A stretch of 64,000 nt of DNA from the NCBI RefSeq assembly GCF_000006765.1, contig NC_002516.2. One strand, 5' to 3'. Positions 10,503 through 20,284 of the stretch are shown here, piece after piece. How positions within the stretch are numbered: the stretch's first letter is position 1; each line of letters opens with the position of its first letter. Both the position numbers and the translations under genes were made by a program. The notes below the pieces were generated by a model. The model was not told where the DNA came from and made no database searches. It was given only the letters and a program-made list of their open reading frames with translations. This DNA comes from Pseudomonas aeruginosa PAO1 (lineage in GTDB: Bacteria > Pseudomonadota > Gammaproteobacteria > Pseudomonadales > Pseudomonadaceae).

Positions 10503-10531
10503 AGCCTCGCCTACCCGGCGGGGCTTTTTTT
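10503..10531 (+). terminator. Intrinsic terminator
   Basis: AGCCTCGCC-TACCC-GGCGGGGCT followed by a T run. Confidence 0.75.
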
Positions 10532-10767
10532 GTCCTGCGCCAAACAGCCGCCGCCCCGCATCAAGGAACTCGCCCATCACCCGGCCATGCAGACCAGGCC
10601 GCTTCGAGTCCCGTTCGTCACCTGTGCAAGGCGTCTGGAACGCGGCTATTGTCCGACGATCGAAGTGATGGCAATGTAGAATTACACCTTTGGATGTAGT
10701 CGTTTCGGGTAGGTCGCGAGATGGAACGAGCTTTTTCCCCTACCGCGGAATCGCGGAGCAGCGGCCC

Positions 10768-11061
10768 ATGAGGCGCGCCGAGATGCTGTTGCTGAAGAGC
10801 CTGGCTGAGACACTGATGGCCGACCGGGACAACCGCCACGACGACTTGCAGGCGACCATGCGGCTGGCGCACCTGAGTTCGCCGGAGATGATCCTGTACA
10901 TGGTCAACCGGGTGCTCGAGCTCGAAGAGAGCATCGAGCGGATCGCCGCGGTTCTCCAGAAACTCTCTGCGGACGAGCCGATGCCCCTAGAGGAAACGCC
11001 GCCCGAACCAGCCTTCGAACCGGCCCTGCAGTCCCGCGCCACCGAGACCGCGGAAACCTAG
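10768..11061 (+). CDS. Hypothetical protein (97 aa)
   Basis: ORF filling the gap with a helical core and acidic/Pro tail; GGAG upstream of ATG 10768; alternative start at 10783. Confidence 0.65.
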   Translation: MRRAEMLLLKSLAETLMADRDNRHDDLQATMRLAHLSSPEMILYMVNRVLELEESIERIAAVLQKLSADEPMPLEETPPEPAFEPALQSRATETAET

Positions 11062-11075
11062 CGGCGGGCAGGCCG

Positions 11076-11429
11076 CTACACCAGCACCTGGCGAGTGCTG
11101 GCGATCAGCGCATGCACCTGTCGCTCCACCTGCTCCGCCACCGGCACTTCGGGCCCCCGCCCCTCCGGGCAGGGCAGGTTCGGCGTGGTGCCGAACAGCC
11201 GGCAGATCAGCGGACGTTCCTCATAGGCCTCGCAGCCGTTCGGTCCGAGATGGACGCAGTTCCACTCGGCCAGGGCGGCGTCGTGTTCGGCCTCGCTCTT
11301 CACCGGCAGGCGGGCCATCTCTTCCGACGAGGCGGTAACCGGCCCGCAGCAATCGTGGCAGCCGGGCTTGCAGGCGAAGCCCGGTATCTGCAGGCGTAAT
11401 TGGTCTATCTGGCGACCGATGCAACTCAT
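11076..11429 (-). CDS. YkgJ-family cysteine-cluster (putative Zn/Fe-S) protein (117 aa)
   Basis: CKPGCHDCCG...CVHL...CEAYEERPLICRLF pattern. Confidence 0.85.
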   Translation of the reverse strand: MSCIGRQIDQLRLQIPGFACKPGCHDCCGPVTASSEEMARLPVKSEAEHDAALAEWNCVHLGPNGCEAYEERPLICRLFGTTPNLPCPEGRGPEVPVAEQVERQVHALIASTRQVLV

Positions 11430-11731
11430 GGGAAATCTCCTCGGCGGGGGAAGGATTGTACAGCGCGGACCGGAGCATTCCGAAAGTACCGGTAAGGATG
11501 CTCTCCAGCGAGCCGAATCGACCTGTTCAACCTGCGCTCTCTCCGTTCCCGGCCAGGGAAACAGCCCGGCTCCCTGTCCGCCCGCCCGTCCACGGCTATC
11601 TGCCGTCACGCCGCTCCCGAGCGCGGTAGCCCCGAGACCGCACAGGGGCGGAACGACGTGGCATAATCCGGCGATCACCTTTCGGCGACCTATCGGCAGG
11701 GCCCGGGAAGACCCGGGCCTCGGGAGAAGCA

Positions 11732-12079
11732 ATGACCTACGTTCTCTACGGCATCAAAGCCTGCGACACCATGAAGAAGGCTCGGACCTGGCTCGACGAG
11801 CACAAGGTCGCCTACGACTTCCACGACTACAAGGCCGTCGGCATCGACCGCGAACACCTGCGGCGCTGGTGCGCGGAGCACGGCTGGCAAACCGTCCTCA
11901 ACCGCGCCGGCACCACCTTCCGCAAGCTCGACGAAGCGCAGAAGGCCGATCTCGACGAAGCCAAGGCGATCGAGCTGATGCTGGCCCAGCCGTCGATGAT
12001 CAAGCGCCCGGTGCTGGAGCTGGGCGGCAGGACGCTGGTCGGCTTCAAGCCCGACGCCTACGCCGCCGCCCTGGCCTGA
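11732..12079 (+). CDS. ArsC/Spx-family (YffB-like) thioredoxin-fold protein
   Basis: LYGIKACDTMKKARTWL and PSMIKRPVL motifs. Confidence 0.9.
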   Translation: MTYVLYGIKACDTMKKARTWLDEHKVAYDFHDYKAVGIDREHLRRWCAEHGWQTVLNRAGTTFRKLDEAQKADLDEAKAIELMLAQPSMIKRPVLELGGRTLVGFKPDAYAAALA

Positions 12080-12091
12080 GCGGGAGGCCGC

Positions 12092-12715
12092 ATGAGTGTC
12101 GCCTGGGCCCTGTTCGTACCCGCCTGCTTCGCCCTCAACCTGGCGCCGGGGCCGAACAACCTGCTGTCGCTGAACAACGCCGCCCGGCACGGTTTCGCCA
12201 CCGCCTCGCTGGCCGGCGGCGGGCGCCTGCTGGCATTCGCCGGCATGCTCGCCCTGGCCGCCTCCGGGCTGGCGCTGGTGCTGCACACCTCGGCCTGGCT
12301 GTTCCTGGCGATCAAGCTGCTCGGCGCTGCCTACCTGTTGTGGCTTGCGGTGCAATTGTGGCGGACCGATGCGCAGCCACTGGCGAACGAAGCCAGCCCG
12401 GCGCGCCCCAGCCTCTGGCGCCTGGGGCGCCAGGAGTTCCTGGTGGCGGCGGGCAACCCGAAGGCCATCCTGATTTTCACCGCCTTCCTGCCGCAGTTCG
12501 TCGATCCCGGCCAACCGCTGGGCGCCCAGTTCGCCCAGCTCGGAGCGGCATTCCTGCTGCTCGAATGGCTGGCCATCGCTCTTTATTCCTATGCCGGGCT
12601 CCACCTCGGCCGGCTGCTCGCCGGCCAGCGGGCCCGGCGTCTGTTCAACCGCGGTTGCGCCGCGCTGCTCGGCAGCGCGGGACTGGGCCTGCTGCTCAGC
12701 CGCCGTCCGGCCTGA
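12092..12715 (+). CDS. LysE/RhtB-family exporter
   Basis: LAPGPNNLL, LLGAAYLLWLA and GNPKAILIF motifs. Confidence 0.9.
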   Translation: MSVAWALFVPACFALNLAPGPNNLLSLNNAARHGFATASLAGGGRLLAFAGMLALAASGLALVLHTSAWLFLAIKLLGAAYLLWLAVQLWRTDAQPLANEASPARPSLWRLGRQEFLVAAGNPKAILIFTAFLPQFVDPGQPLGAQFAQLGAAFLLLEWLAIALYSYAGLHLGRLLAGQRARRLFNRGCAALLGSAGLGLLLSRRPA

Positions 12716-12744
12716 CCGTTCCACTCCGTTTCGAGGAAACCCAC

Positions 12745-13779
12745 ATGTCGCAATCCCTGTTCAGCCTGGCCTTCGGCGTCGGCACCCAGAACCGCCAGGA
12801 AGCCTGGCTGGAAGTGTTCTACGCGCTGCCGCTGCTCAAGCCTTCGAGCGAAATCGTCGCCGCCGTCGCACCGATCCTTGGCTACGCAGCCGGCAACCAG
12901 GCGCTGACCTTCACTTCGCAGCAGGCCTACCAGTTGGCCGACGCCCTGAAGGGTATCGACGCCGCTCAGTCGGCCCTGCTCTCGCGCCTGGCGGAAAGCC
13001 AGAAGCCGCTGGTCGCCACCCTGTTGGCGGAAGACGCCGCGCCGTCCTCCACCGCGGAGGCCTACCTCAAGCTGCACCTGCTCTCCCACCGCCTGGTCAA
13101 GCCGCACGCTGTGAACCTGAGCGGCATCTTCCCGCTCCTGCCGAACGTGGCCTGGACCAATATCGGCGCGGTGGACCTGGCCGAACTGGCCGAACTGCAA
13201 CTGGAAGCGCGACTGAAGGGCAAGCTGCTGGAAGTCTTCTCCGTCGACAAGTTCCCGAAGATGACCGACTACGTGGTCCCGGCCGGCGTACGCATCGCCG
13301 ACACCGCCCGCGTGCGCCTGGGCGCCTACATCGGTGAAGGCACCACGGTGATGCACGAAGGTTTCGTCAACTTCAACGCCGGCACCGAAGGCCCGGGCAT
13401 GATCGAAGGCCGCGTATCCGCCGGCGTGTTCGTCGGCAAGGGGTCGGACCTGGGCGGCGGCTGCTCGACCATGGGCACCCTTTCCGGTGGCGGCAACATC
13501 GTCATCAGCGTCGGCGAAGGCTGCCTGATCGGCGCCAACGCCGGCATCGGCATCCCGCTGGGCGATCGCAACATCGTCGAGGCCGGCCTGTACATCACCG
13601 CCGGCACCAAGGTCGCCCTGCTCGACGAGCAGAACGCCCTGGTGAAAGTGGTCAAGGCCCGCGACCTGGCCGGTCAGCCCGACCTGCTGTTCCGCCGCAA
13701 CTCGCAGAACGGTGCGGTGGAGTGCAAGACCAACAAGACCGCCATCGAGCTGAACGAAGCGCTGCACGCGCACAACTGA
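12745..13779 (+). CDS. dapD: Tetrahydrodipicolinate N-succinyltransferase (344 aa)
   Basis: YLKLHLLSHR, DKFPKMTDYVVP and hexapeptide repeats; GAGGA SD before ATG 12745. Confidence 0.96.
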   Translation: MSQSLFSLAFGVGTQNRQEAWLEVFYALPLLKPSSEIVAAVAPILGYAAGNQALTFTSQQAYQLADALKGIDAAQSALLSRLAESQKPLVATLLAEDAAPSSTAEAYLKLHLLSHRLVKPHAVNLSGIFPLLPNVAWTNIGAVDLAELAELQLEARLKGKLLEVFSVDKFPKMTDYVVPAGVRIADTARVRLGAYIGEGTTVMHEGFVNFNAGTEGPGMIEGRVSAGVFVGKGSDLGGGCSTMGTLSGGGNIVISVGEGCLIGANAGIGIPLGDRNIVEAGLYITAGTKVALLDEQNALVKVVKARDLAGQPDLLFRRNSQNGAVECKTNKTAIELNEALHAHN

Positions 13780-13873
13780 GCCCAGCTCGCCTCCCCGCTC
13801 GCCCGACGGTGCTCGCCAGCGCCGCCGGGTGCGCTACCCTTTCCCCTGTAACCGTCCTCGCACAGTGTCCGCC

Positions 13874-15079
13874 ATGTCCCTGCCGTCTCCCTGGCGCGCC
13901 GACTTTCCGGCCTTTTCCGCCTTCGCCGCGGAAGGCCTGACCTACCTCGACAGCGCCGCCACCGCCCAGAAGCCACAGGCCGTACTCGACGCCCTGAACG
14001 GCTACTACCTCGGCGGCGCCGCCAACGTCCACCGCGCCCAACATGTCCCCGGCGAGCGTGCCACCCGGGCCTTCGAGGCCGCGCGCAGCCGCGTCGCCCA
14101 CTGGCTGCACGCCGGCAACCCGGCCGAGGTACTGTTCACCCGCGGCACCACAGAGGCGATCAACCTGGTGGCCTATGGCCTGGAGCGGCATTTCCGGCCT
14201 GGCGACGAACTGCTGGTCAGTGCCCTGGAACACCATGCCAACCTGCTTCCCTGGCAGCAGTTGGCCCTGCGCCGCGGCCTGGTCCTGCGCGTGTTGCCGC
14301 TGGACGAGCGCGGGGTGATCGACCTGGAGCAGGCCCGCCATATCATCGGCGAGCGTACCCGCCTGCTGGCGATCAGCCAGTTGTCCAACGTTCTCGGCAC
14401 CTGGCAACCGGTGGTGGAGTTGATCCAGCTGGCCCGCGAGCGCGGTGCCTGGACCCTGGTCGACGGCGCCCAGGGCAGCGTCCACGGACGCCACGACCTG
14501 CCGGGCCTGGGCTGCGACTTCTACGCATTCTCCGGCCACAAGCTCTACGGCCCCGACGGCATCGGCGTGCTCTGGGGTCGCCCACAGGCCCTGGAGCAAC
14601 TGGCGCACTGGCAGTTCGGCGGCGAGATGGTACGCCACACCGGCTTCCACGAAGCCAGCTTCCATGCCGCTCCGCTCGGCTTCGAGGCGGGCACCCCGGC
14701 GGTTTCCGCGGCAATCGGCCTAGGCGCGACCATCGACTGGCTGGCCACCCTGGACGAAGCCGAAGTCGCCGCCCACGAAGGCGCCCTCCACGCCCGCCTG
14801 CTCGCCGGCCTGCTGGCGCGCGACGGCGTCAGCCTGCTCGGCGAACCACAGGCGGCGCTGGCCAGCTTCTGCGTCGACGGCGTGCACGTCGCCGATCTCG
14901 CCCACCTGCTCGGCGAACAGGGCATCGCGGTGCGCGCCGGCCACCATTGCGCGATGCCGCTGCTGCAACGCCTCGAGGTACCCGGCGCCCTGCGTGTCTC
15001 GCTGGGCTTGTACAACGATGCCGACGACCTGGAGCGCTTCTTCCTGGCCCTCGACCGCTCACTGGAGTTGCTGCGATGA
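13874..15079 (+). CDS. csdA: Group II cysteine desulfurase (CsdA/SufS type, 401 aa)
   Basis: YLDSAATAQKP, PLP lysine in FSGHKLYGP, catalytic cysteine in RAGHHCA. Confidence 0.88.
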   Translation: MSLPSPWRADFPAFSAFAAEGLTYLDSAATAQKPQAVLDALNGYYLGGAANVHRAQHVPGERATRAFEAARSRVAHWLHAGNPAEVLFTRGTTEAINLVAYGLERHFRPGDELLVSALEHHANLLPWQQLALRRGLVLRVLPLDERGVIDLEQARHIIGERTRLLAISQLSNVLGTWQPVVELIQLARERGAWTLVDGAQGSVHGRHDLPGLGCDFYAFSGHKLYGPDGIGVLWGRPQALEQLAHWQFGGEMVRHTGFHEASFHAAPLGFEAGTPAVSAAIGLGATIDWLATLDEAEVAAHEGALHARLLAGLLARDGVSLLGEPQAALASFCVDGVHVADLAHLLGEQGIAVRAGHHCAMPLLQRLEVPGALRVSLGLYNDADDLERFFLALDRSLELLR

Positions 15080-15498
15080 ACCCGGTTCTCCCCGAACAGG
15101 CCCAGGAGGCACTGGACGCCTTCGGTCACACCGCCAGTTGGGAACAGCGTGCGCGTCTGCTGCTGCAATGGGGCGAGCGCCTGGCGCCGCTCGCGGAACA
15201 CGAACGCCAGGAAGAGCATCGCGTGCACGGTTGCGAAAGCCTGGTCTGGCTGCTCGGCGAGCAGCGCGACGGCCACTGGCGCTTCCGTGCCGACAGCGAC
15301 GCGCGCCTGATCCGCGGCCTGCTGGCGGTGCTGCTGGCACGGGTCGACGGCATCGAGACCCGCGAGCTGGCGCGCCTGGACCTCAACGACTGGTTCACCT
15401 GCCTGGGTCTTTCCCGCCAACTGTCGCCCTCGCGCAGCAACGGCCTGAACGCCGTGCTGCAACGCATGCGCGAACTGGCCGGCCAGACCGCCGGCTGA
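15076..15498 (+). CDS. csdE: SufE/CsdE sulfur acceptor (140 aa)
   Basis: RVHGCESLVWL and ADSDARLIRGL motifs; ATGA overlap with csdA. Confidence 0.88.
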   Translation: MNPVLPEQAQEALDAFGHTASWEQRARLLLQWGERLAPLAEHERQEEHRVHGCESLVWLLGEQRDGHWRFRADSDARLIRGLLAVLLARVDGIETRELARLDLNDWFTCLGLSRQLSPSRSNGLNAVLQRMRELAGQTAG

Positions 15499-15504
15499 GC
15501 CCGC

Positions 15505-16485
15505 TCAGCGCGCCAGCAGCTCCGGCAGGTGCCGGGCCAGGGCGCGGTAGCGGTCCTCTTCGATCCGATAGGCCCAGTCAGGATGGGCGGCGACCTCGCC
15601 CTCGGCGAAGCCCTCGACGCTCTTCGGCAACAACCAGTATTGCTCGCCCTGGCGCCGAATCTCGCCATCCAGGCGCGCGCCGGAAAACGTCCGCAGGCTG
15701 AACGCCAGGAGCAATGGCGCCTGTCTGAATCCCACCTGCGCCAGCGGCGCTACATCGGCGAAACGCAGGTCGGCGAACAGCGCCGCCGCGCCGTTGGCCG
15801 CTGCCTCATAGGCCAGCTTGCGCCCTGTGGGCAATTGCCGGACCTGCAGGTTCGGCTGCCCGGCGTCGTCGCGATAGAGATCCAGACGCTCGCCTTTCGG
15901 ATAGCGCAGTTGCAGTTCGCGCACCCGGGCGAAGGGCAGCGTGGCGATCCGCCGGTCGAGCCACTCCAGCTCGTTGTTCGGCAACGGCAGGCGCTTGTCG
16001 ATCAGCCAGGCCTGCGGGTCGCCCAGTCGTCGTACGAAGCTACCGCCATGCTGCGCATCCTTGCCGACCAGCAGCACCAGAGGCTCGCCGGACTGCCGCT
16101 GCAGGCTCAGGCGTAGCGCCTGCCCCTCGCCACGCTCCGCCAGGCCAAGCAGCGCGTGGTTCTTCGGGTTGGCGCTCTTCGCCTCGACCTTGCGCGCCTC
16201 TGCCAGTGCCTCGAGCAGCGCCGACAAGCGTAGCCGATCAGCCGGATAGCCGGCCTTGGCCGGCAGGACCCACGCGCCCGCACGCCGCTCGACCCGGATA
16301 TCCGGCGAACCGTCGGCAAACTGCACGTGCAGGCCACTCAGCGTCGCGCTGTCCAGTTCCGGCAGCCAGCGCTCTGCCACCGGCAAGGCAGGTACCTCGG
16401 CTGCGCGCTCGCGCTGCAGCCAGGCGAAGGTTCCGGCCAGCGCCGCCACCAGCGCCAGCAGGACGATCAGCGTATTGCGCCGCAT
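15505..16485 (-). CDS. Membrane-anchored DUF4340-like protein
   Basis: N-terminal TM anchor; W..P....YPAD and FVRR.GD..AWL patterns; last gene of the ABC operon. Confidence 0.75.
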   Translation of the reverse strand: MRRNTLIVLLALVAALAGTFAWLQRERAAEVPALPVAERWLPELDSATLSGLHVQFADGSPDIRVERRAGAWVLPAKAGYPADRLRLSALLEALAEARKVEAKSANPKNHALLGLAERGEGQALRLSLQRQSGEPLVLLVGKDAQHGGSFVRRLGDPQAWLIDKRLPLPNNELEWLDRRIATLPFARVRELQLRYPKGERLDLYRDDAGQPNLQVRQLPTGRKLAYEAAANGAAALFADLRFADVAPLAQVGFRQAPLLLAFSLRTFSGARLDGEIRRQGEQYWLLPKSVEGFAEGEVAAHPDWAYRIEEDRYRALARHLPELLAR

Positions 16486-16488
16486 GCT

Positions 16489-18336
16489 TCAATGCCCTCC
16501 CCGGGCCATGCGCCGGCGCCGCCAGAGCCAGCCGAGCAGCACGCCGACCGTGAGCAACGAGGGAACCAGGGCGATATTGACCAGCTTCAGGGTGCGGCCC
16601 AGTGCGTCGATATCGGCGTTCAACTGGTACTGCACCTCGCGCAGCTCCTTGCGGATGCGCAGCTTCTCCTGCATGTACTGGCGCACCGTGGCCTGCTGTT
16701 CGGGCGTCAGTTCGACGGCCTTCTCCGGGTCGGCACCCTGCTGGAGGGCGGCGAGTTGCTGCTCGGTATCGGCGAGGCGCTGCTTGAGCTGCTCCTCCTT
16801 CTGCCGGAAGCTCGTCTCGGCCTCGCGCTGCAGGCGCTCGACCACCACGAACGGCCGGCTGAACCGGCCGCGGGAGCGCACGCTGATCAGCGCGTCGGTG
16901 CCCGACAGGTTGTCCAGCGCGTTGACCACCAGCGCGCCGTTGTCGGCCCAGGGCTGCGGCACGCGCTGGCCGAAGAAGTCCTGCACCTGGACCCACATGC
17001 GATCGCTGAGCAGGTCGGTATCGGCCACGACGATGACATTGATGTTGCGCGCCTCCTTCAGGCCTTCGCGATGCCCCTCGATGCCCTCCGCGAAGGCACT
17101 CTTCGCCGGCCCCTGGATACGGGCGGCGAGAGTATGCCGCCGGCCGCTCGGGCGCAGCTCGCGCATCAGATCGCCGGGGTCACGCAGCAGGCCGAAGCGC
17201 GAGGCATCGAACGGCATCGCCTGGGCCGAGCTTTGCAGCAAAGGCGTGAAGCTGGTGCTCGCTCCGGGGAGCCTTTCGAGGATGCCGGGCGTCGCCAGGG
17301 TCAGGCTTTCCAGGCCGGCAGTGGCGATGTCGTCCTGGTCCAGCGCCTCGCGCGGCAAGCTGAGCCAGGCCGGATGCCGGGCCGGACGCTGGTCCCGGCC
17401 AAGACTGATGGACATCGCATAGGCGCCGTCGCCGAGCACCTTGCCCGGCAGCAGGCGCAGCCCCCAGGCCTCGAACAGCGGCGCGAGGTCGGACGACTTG
17501 TCGCCATCCAGCGTAGCGGCGAAATCGCTGCCGCTGTCGGCCTCGCTGAAGGGGTCGACGAACGCCAGCAGCTTGCCCCCGCGCAGGACGAACTGGTCGA
17601 TGGCGTATAGCGTCTGCTCGGGTAACTGCTTGGGATGCACCAGCAGCAGCACCGAGACCTCCGGCGGGATTTCCGTGGCATCGCTCTTGAGGCTGCGCAG
17701 GTCGAATTGCTGGCGGATTTCCTCCATGACCATCCACGGCGAGGTCGGCTGCCGGCTGGCCATGTCGAAGCCGCCATTGAGCGGCAGCGACGACATCAGG
17801 CCGACCACCGGCCGCTGCGGCTGTGCCAGGGTCTGCACCAGGCGGCTGATGTCGTATTCGAGGAACTCCTCCTGATCGAGCGGGAAGAAGGGTATGACCT
17901 GGACTCCGTCCAGGGCGTTGCTGCCGGCCAGGCCGAAGTACAGGTTGTCGCCGCCCTGCTGCAGGGGAATTCCTTGCAGGCCGAACTCGGTGGCCTTGTC
18001 CTCGTTCTCGGAGAACGGCTCGGGATCGATCACCTGCAGGCGAATCCTGCCGTTCGCCTCGCGCTCGTAGGCGCGCAGCAGTTCCTCGACGCGCCTGGCG
18101 TAGTTGCGCAGCGGCACCAGTTCCCGGGCACCGCTATCCGAATAGAAGAAGTACAGGTTGATCGGCTCGTCGAGGCCGGCCAGGATCCGCTTGGTGCCGG
18201 GGCTGATGGTGTAGAGCTTCTGCTCGGTCAGGTCGAGCCGCGCGCCGCTGAACAGCAGGCCGGAGACCATGTTGAAGGCCAGGAACGCCAGCGCGATCAG
18301 CAACAGCCCGGCGCCAGAGGACAACACGCGTTTCAT
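16489..18336 (-). CDS. GldG-family ABC auxiliary component (615 aa)
   Basis: RLDLTEQKLYTISPGT, IDPEPFSE, FFPLDQEEFLEYDI, IDQFVLRGGKLLAFVDP, coiled coil and C-terminal TM. Confidence 0.85.
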   Translation of the reverse strand: MKRVLSSGAGLLLIALAFLAFNMVSGLLFSGARLDLTEQKLYTISPGTKRILAGLDEPINLYFFYSDSGARELVPLRNYARRVEELLRAYEREANGRIRLQVIDPEPFSENEDKATEFGLQGIPLQQGGDNLYFGLAGSNALDGVQVIPFFPLDQEEFLEYDISRLVQTLAQPQRPVVGLMSSLPLNGGFDMASRQPTSPWMVMEEIRQQFDLRSLKSDATEIPPEVSVLLLVHPKQLPEQTLYAIDQFVLRGGKLLAFVDPFSEADSGSDFAATLDGDKSSDLAPLFEAWGLRLLPGKVLGDGAYAMSISLGRDQRPARHPAWLSLPREALDQDDIATAGLESLTLATPGILERLPGASTSFTPLLQSSAQAMPFDASRFGLLRDPGDLMRELRPSGRRHTLAARIQGPAKSAFAEGIEGHREGLKEARNINVIVVADTDLLSDRMWVQVQDFFGQRVPQPWADNGALVVNALDNLSGTDALISVRSRGRFSRPFVVVERLQREAETSFRQKEEQLKQRLADTEQQLAALQQGADPEKAVELTPEQQATVRQYMQEKLRIRKELREVQYQLNADIDALGRTLKLVNIALVPSLLTVGVLLGWLWRRRRMARGGH

Positions 18337-18346
18337 CGACTCCCCC

Positions 18347-19081
18347 TCATTCGGCTTTCTTCAGGTCGACCGCCACCGCCGTGGCGGCCAGCCAGGCGAC
18401 GATCAGGCTGACGAAATACAGCAGGTCGCGCAGGTCGATGACGCCCTTGCTGACGGCATCGAAGCGGGTCAGCAGGCTCAGCGAGGCCACCGCATCGAGC
18501 AACCACTGCGGCGCCCACTGGCTGAACGCATCGAGCACCAGCGGAAAGCCGCTGAGCATGAACAGGAAGCAGGCGGCCACGGCGAGGATGAAAGCGATCA
18601 CCTGGTTCTTCGCCAGGGCCGACATGCACGAACCGATGGCCAGGTAGCCGCCGGCCAGCAGCCAACTGCCCAGATAGCCGGCGAGAATCGCACCGTTGTC
18701 CGGCTCGCCCAGGTAGTTCACCGTGAGCACCATGGGGAAGGTCAGCAGCAGCGCGATTCCGGCGAACGCCCAGGCGGCCAGGAACTTGCCGGCCACGGCT
18801 TCGAAGCGGGTCAGCGGCAGGGTCATCAGCAGCTCGATCGAGCCGGACTTGCGCTCCTCCGCCCACAGGCGCATGGCCAGCGCGGGAACCAGGAACAGGT
18901 AGAGCCAGGGATGGAAGGCGAAGAAGGAGGCCAGGTCGGCCTGGTTGCGTTCGTAGAAGTTGCCCAGGTAGAAGGTGAACACGCCCGCCAGGGCCAGGAA
19001 GATCACGATGAACACATAGGCCAGCGGCGTGGCGAAATAACTCGCCAGCTCGCGCTTGAAGATCACCGGCAGTTGCTTCAT
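18347..19081 (-). CDS. GldF-like ABC-2 permease (244 aa)
   Basis: IFKRELASYFATPLAY and WAEERKSGSIELLMTLP motifs; ATGA overlap with the ATPase. Confidence 0.88.
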   Translation of the reverse strand: MKQLPVIFKRELASYFATPLAYVFIVIFLALAGVFTFYLGNFYERNQADLASFFAFHPWLYLFLVPALAMRLWAEERKSGSIELLMTLPLTRFEAVAGKFLAAWAFAGIALLLTFPMVLTVNYLGEPDNGAILAGYLGSWLLAGGYLAIGSCMSALAKNQVIAFILAVAACFLFMLSGFPLVLDAFSQWAPQWLLDAVASLSLLTRFDAVSKGVIDLRDLLYFVSLIVAWLAATAVAVDLKKAE

Positions 19082-20001
19082 GCCTCCGTCCCCCGGGTCA
19101 GGTTGCGGAATACCTCGTCGAGCCGGCCGCGCTCCACGTCCAGTTCGCGGATCCGCCAGCCGCGCTCGGCGACCAGCCCGCTGACCTGGGGAAAGATCAC
19201 CGCGCCCGGCTGCGCCAGGACGGTCAGGCTGCCTTCGGCGGGGTTCTCCTCGATGCCCGCCACGCCCGGCAGCACCGCCAGCGCCACGGCATCCAGGGGC
19301 TCGTCGCTGTAGAGCGTCACCGCCTGGTGGTAGCGCGAGCGGCTGGCCAGCTCCAGCGGCGTGCTGTCCGCCAGCAGCCGCCCGCCGCCGATCACCAGGG
19401 CGCGGCTGCACAGCGCCGAGACTTCCTCGAGGATATGGGTGGAGATGATCACGATGCGCTCCTGCGCGAGGCCGCGGATCAGTTCGCGGACCTGGTGCTT
19501 CTGGTTCGGATCGAGCCCGTCGGTGGGCTCGTCGAGCACCAGCGCCCGCGGTTCGTGGAGGATCGCCTGGGCCAGGCCGACACGCCGGCGGAAGCCCTTG
19601 GAGAGAGTTTCGATGGTCTGCCGGCGCACCTCGTCCAGTTCCAGCAGCCCCAGTGCCCGGGCGACCCGCTCGCGCTTGCCGGCACCACGGTAGCCACGGA
19701 TCTCGGCGATGAAATCGAGGAAGCCCTGCACGGTCATTTCCGCGTAGCAGGGCGAACCTTCCGGGAGGTAGCCGATCAGCCGCTGCGCCTGCAGCGTGCG
19801 GTTGCGGATGTCGAAGCCGAAAATGCTCGCGGTGCCGGCGCAGGGCGCCAGGAAGCCGGTGAGCATCTTCATGGTGGTGGACTTGCCGGCGCCGTTCGGA
19901 CCGAGGAAGCCCAGTACCTCCCCCGTCTCCACCTGGAAGGACAGGTCGTCCACCGCCACCCGCGAGCCGAAGCGTTTGCCGAGGTTTCTTGTTTCGATCA
20001 T
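19078..20001 (-). CDS. GldA-like ABC ATP-binding protein
   Basis: Walker A GPNGAGKST, LSKGFRRR signature, LVLDEP Walker B, H-loop STHIL. Confidence 0.93.
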   Translation of the reverse strand: MIETRNLGKRFGSRVAVDDLSFQVETGEVLGFLGPNGAGKSTTMKMLTGFLAPCAGTASIFGFDIRNRTLQAQRLIGYLPEGSPCYAEMTVQGFLDFIAEIRGYRGAGKRERVARALGLLELDEVRRQTIETLSKGFRRRVGLAQAILHEPRALVLDEPTDGLDPNQKHQVRELIRGLAQERIVIISTHILEEVSALCSRALVIGGGRLLADSTPLELASRSRYHQAVTLYSDEPLDAVALAVLPGVAGIEENPAEGSLTVLAQPGAVIFPQVSGLVAERGWRIRELDVERGRLDEVFRNLTRGTEA

Positions 20002-20284
20002 GGTCCCCTACCTGTTCCGGCGGCCGCCGCCATGTCCGGCCAGGGCCGCGAAAAACGCGCAGGGACTATAGCCGAAGCGCCCCGCCGCCTGGCAATACGG
20101 GGCATCGGGAGAACCTTGGCAAAACGTGACAGAACCCGAACGCCTGCCGAAGGTTCTACATTCGCAACCTGTTCGCCGCCGTTCGCCGTAGGACGCGTTG
20201 CGTTCTTTTGCGGCCCTCCGGGGATTGCGGCAAACTAGCCGCGCCCGTCACGCCGGGTCCCGATCAACTGCCAGTAGACACCGT

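Noticed and set aside
10595-10615. TTCGAGTCC (10603-10611) resembling a tRNA T-loop
   Set aside because: No T-stem pairing, cloverleaf or CCA end, so neither a tRNA nor an evident att site
11368-13779. 803-aa ORF in frame with dapD, spanning the ArsC and LysE genes
   Set aside because: Stop-free off-frame of two real genes; dapD has its own SD and ATG at 12745
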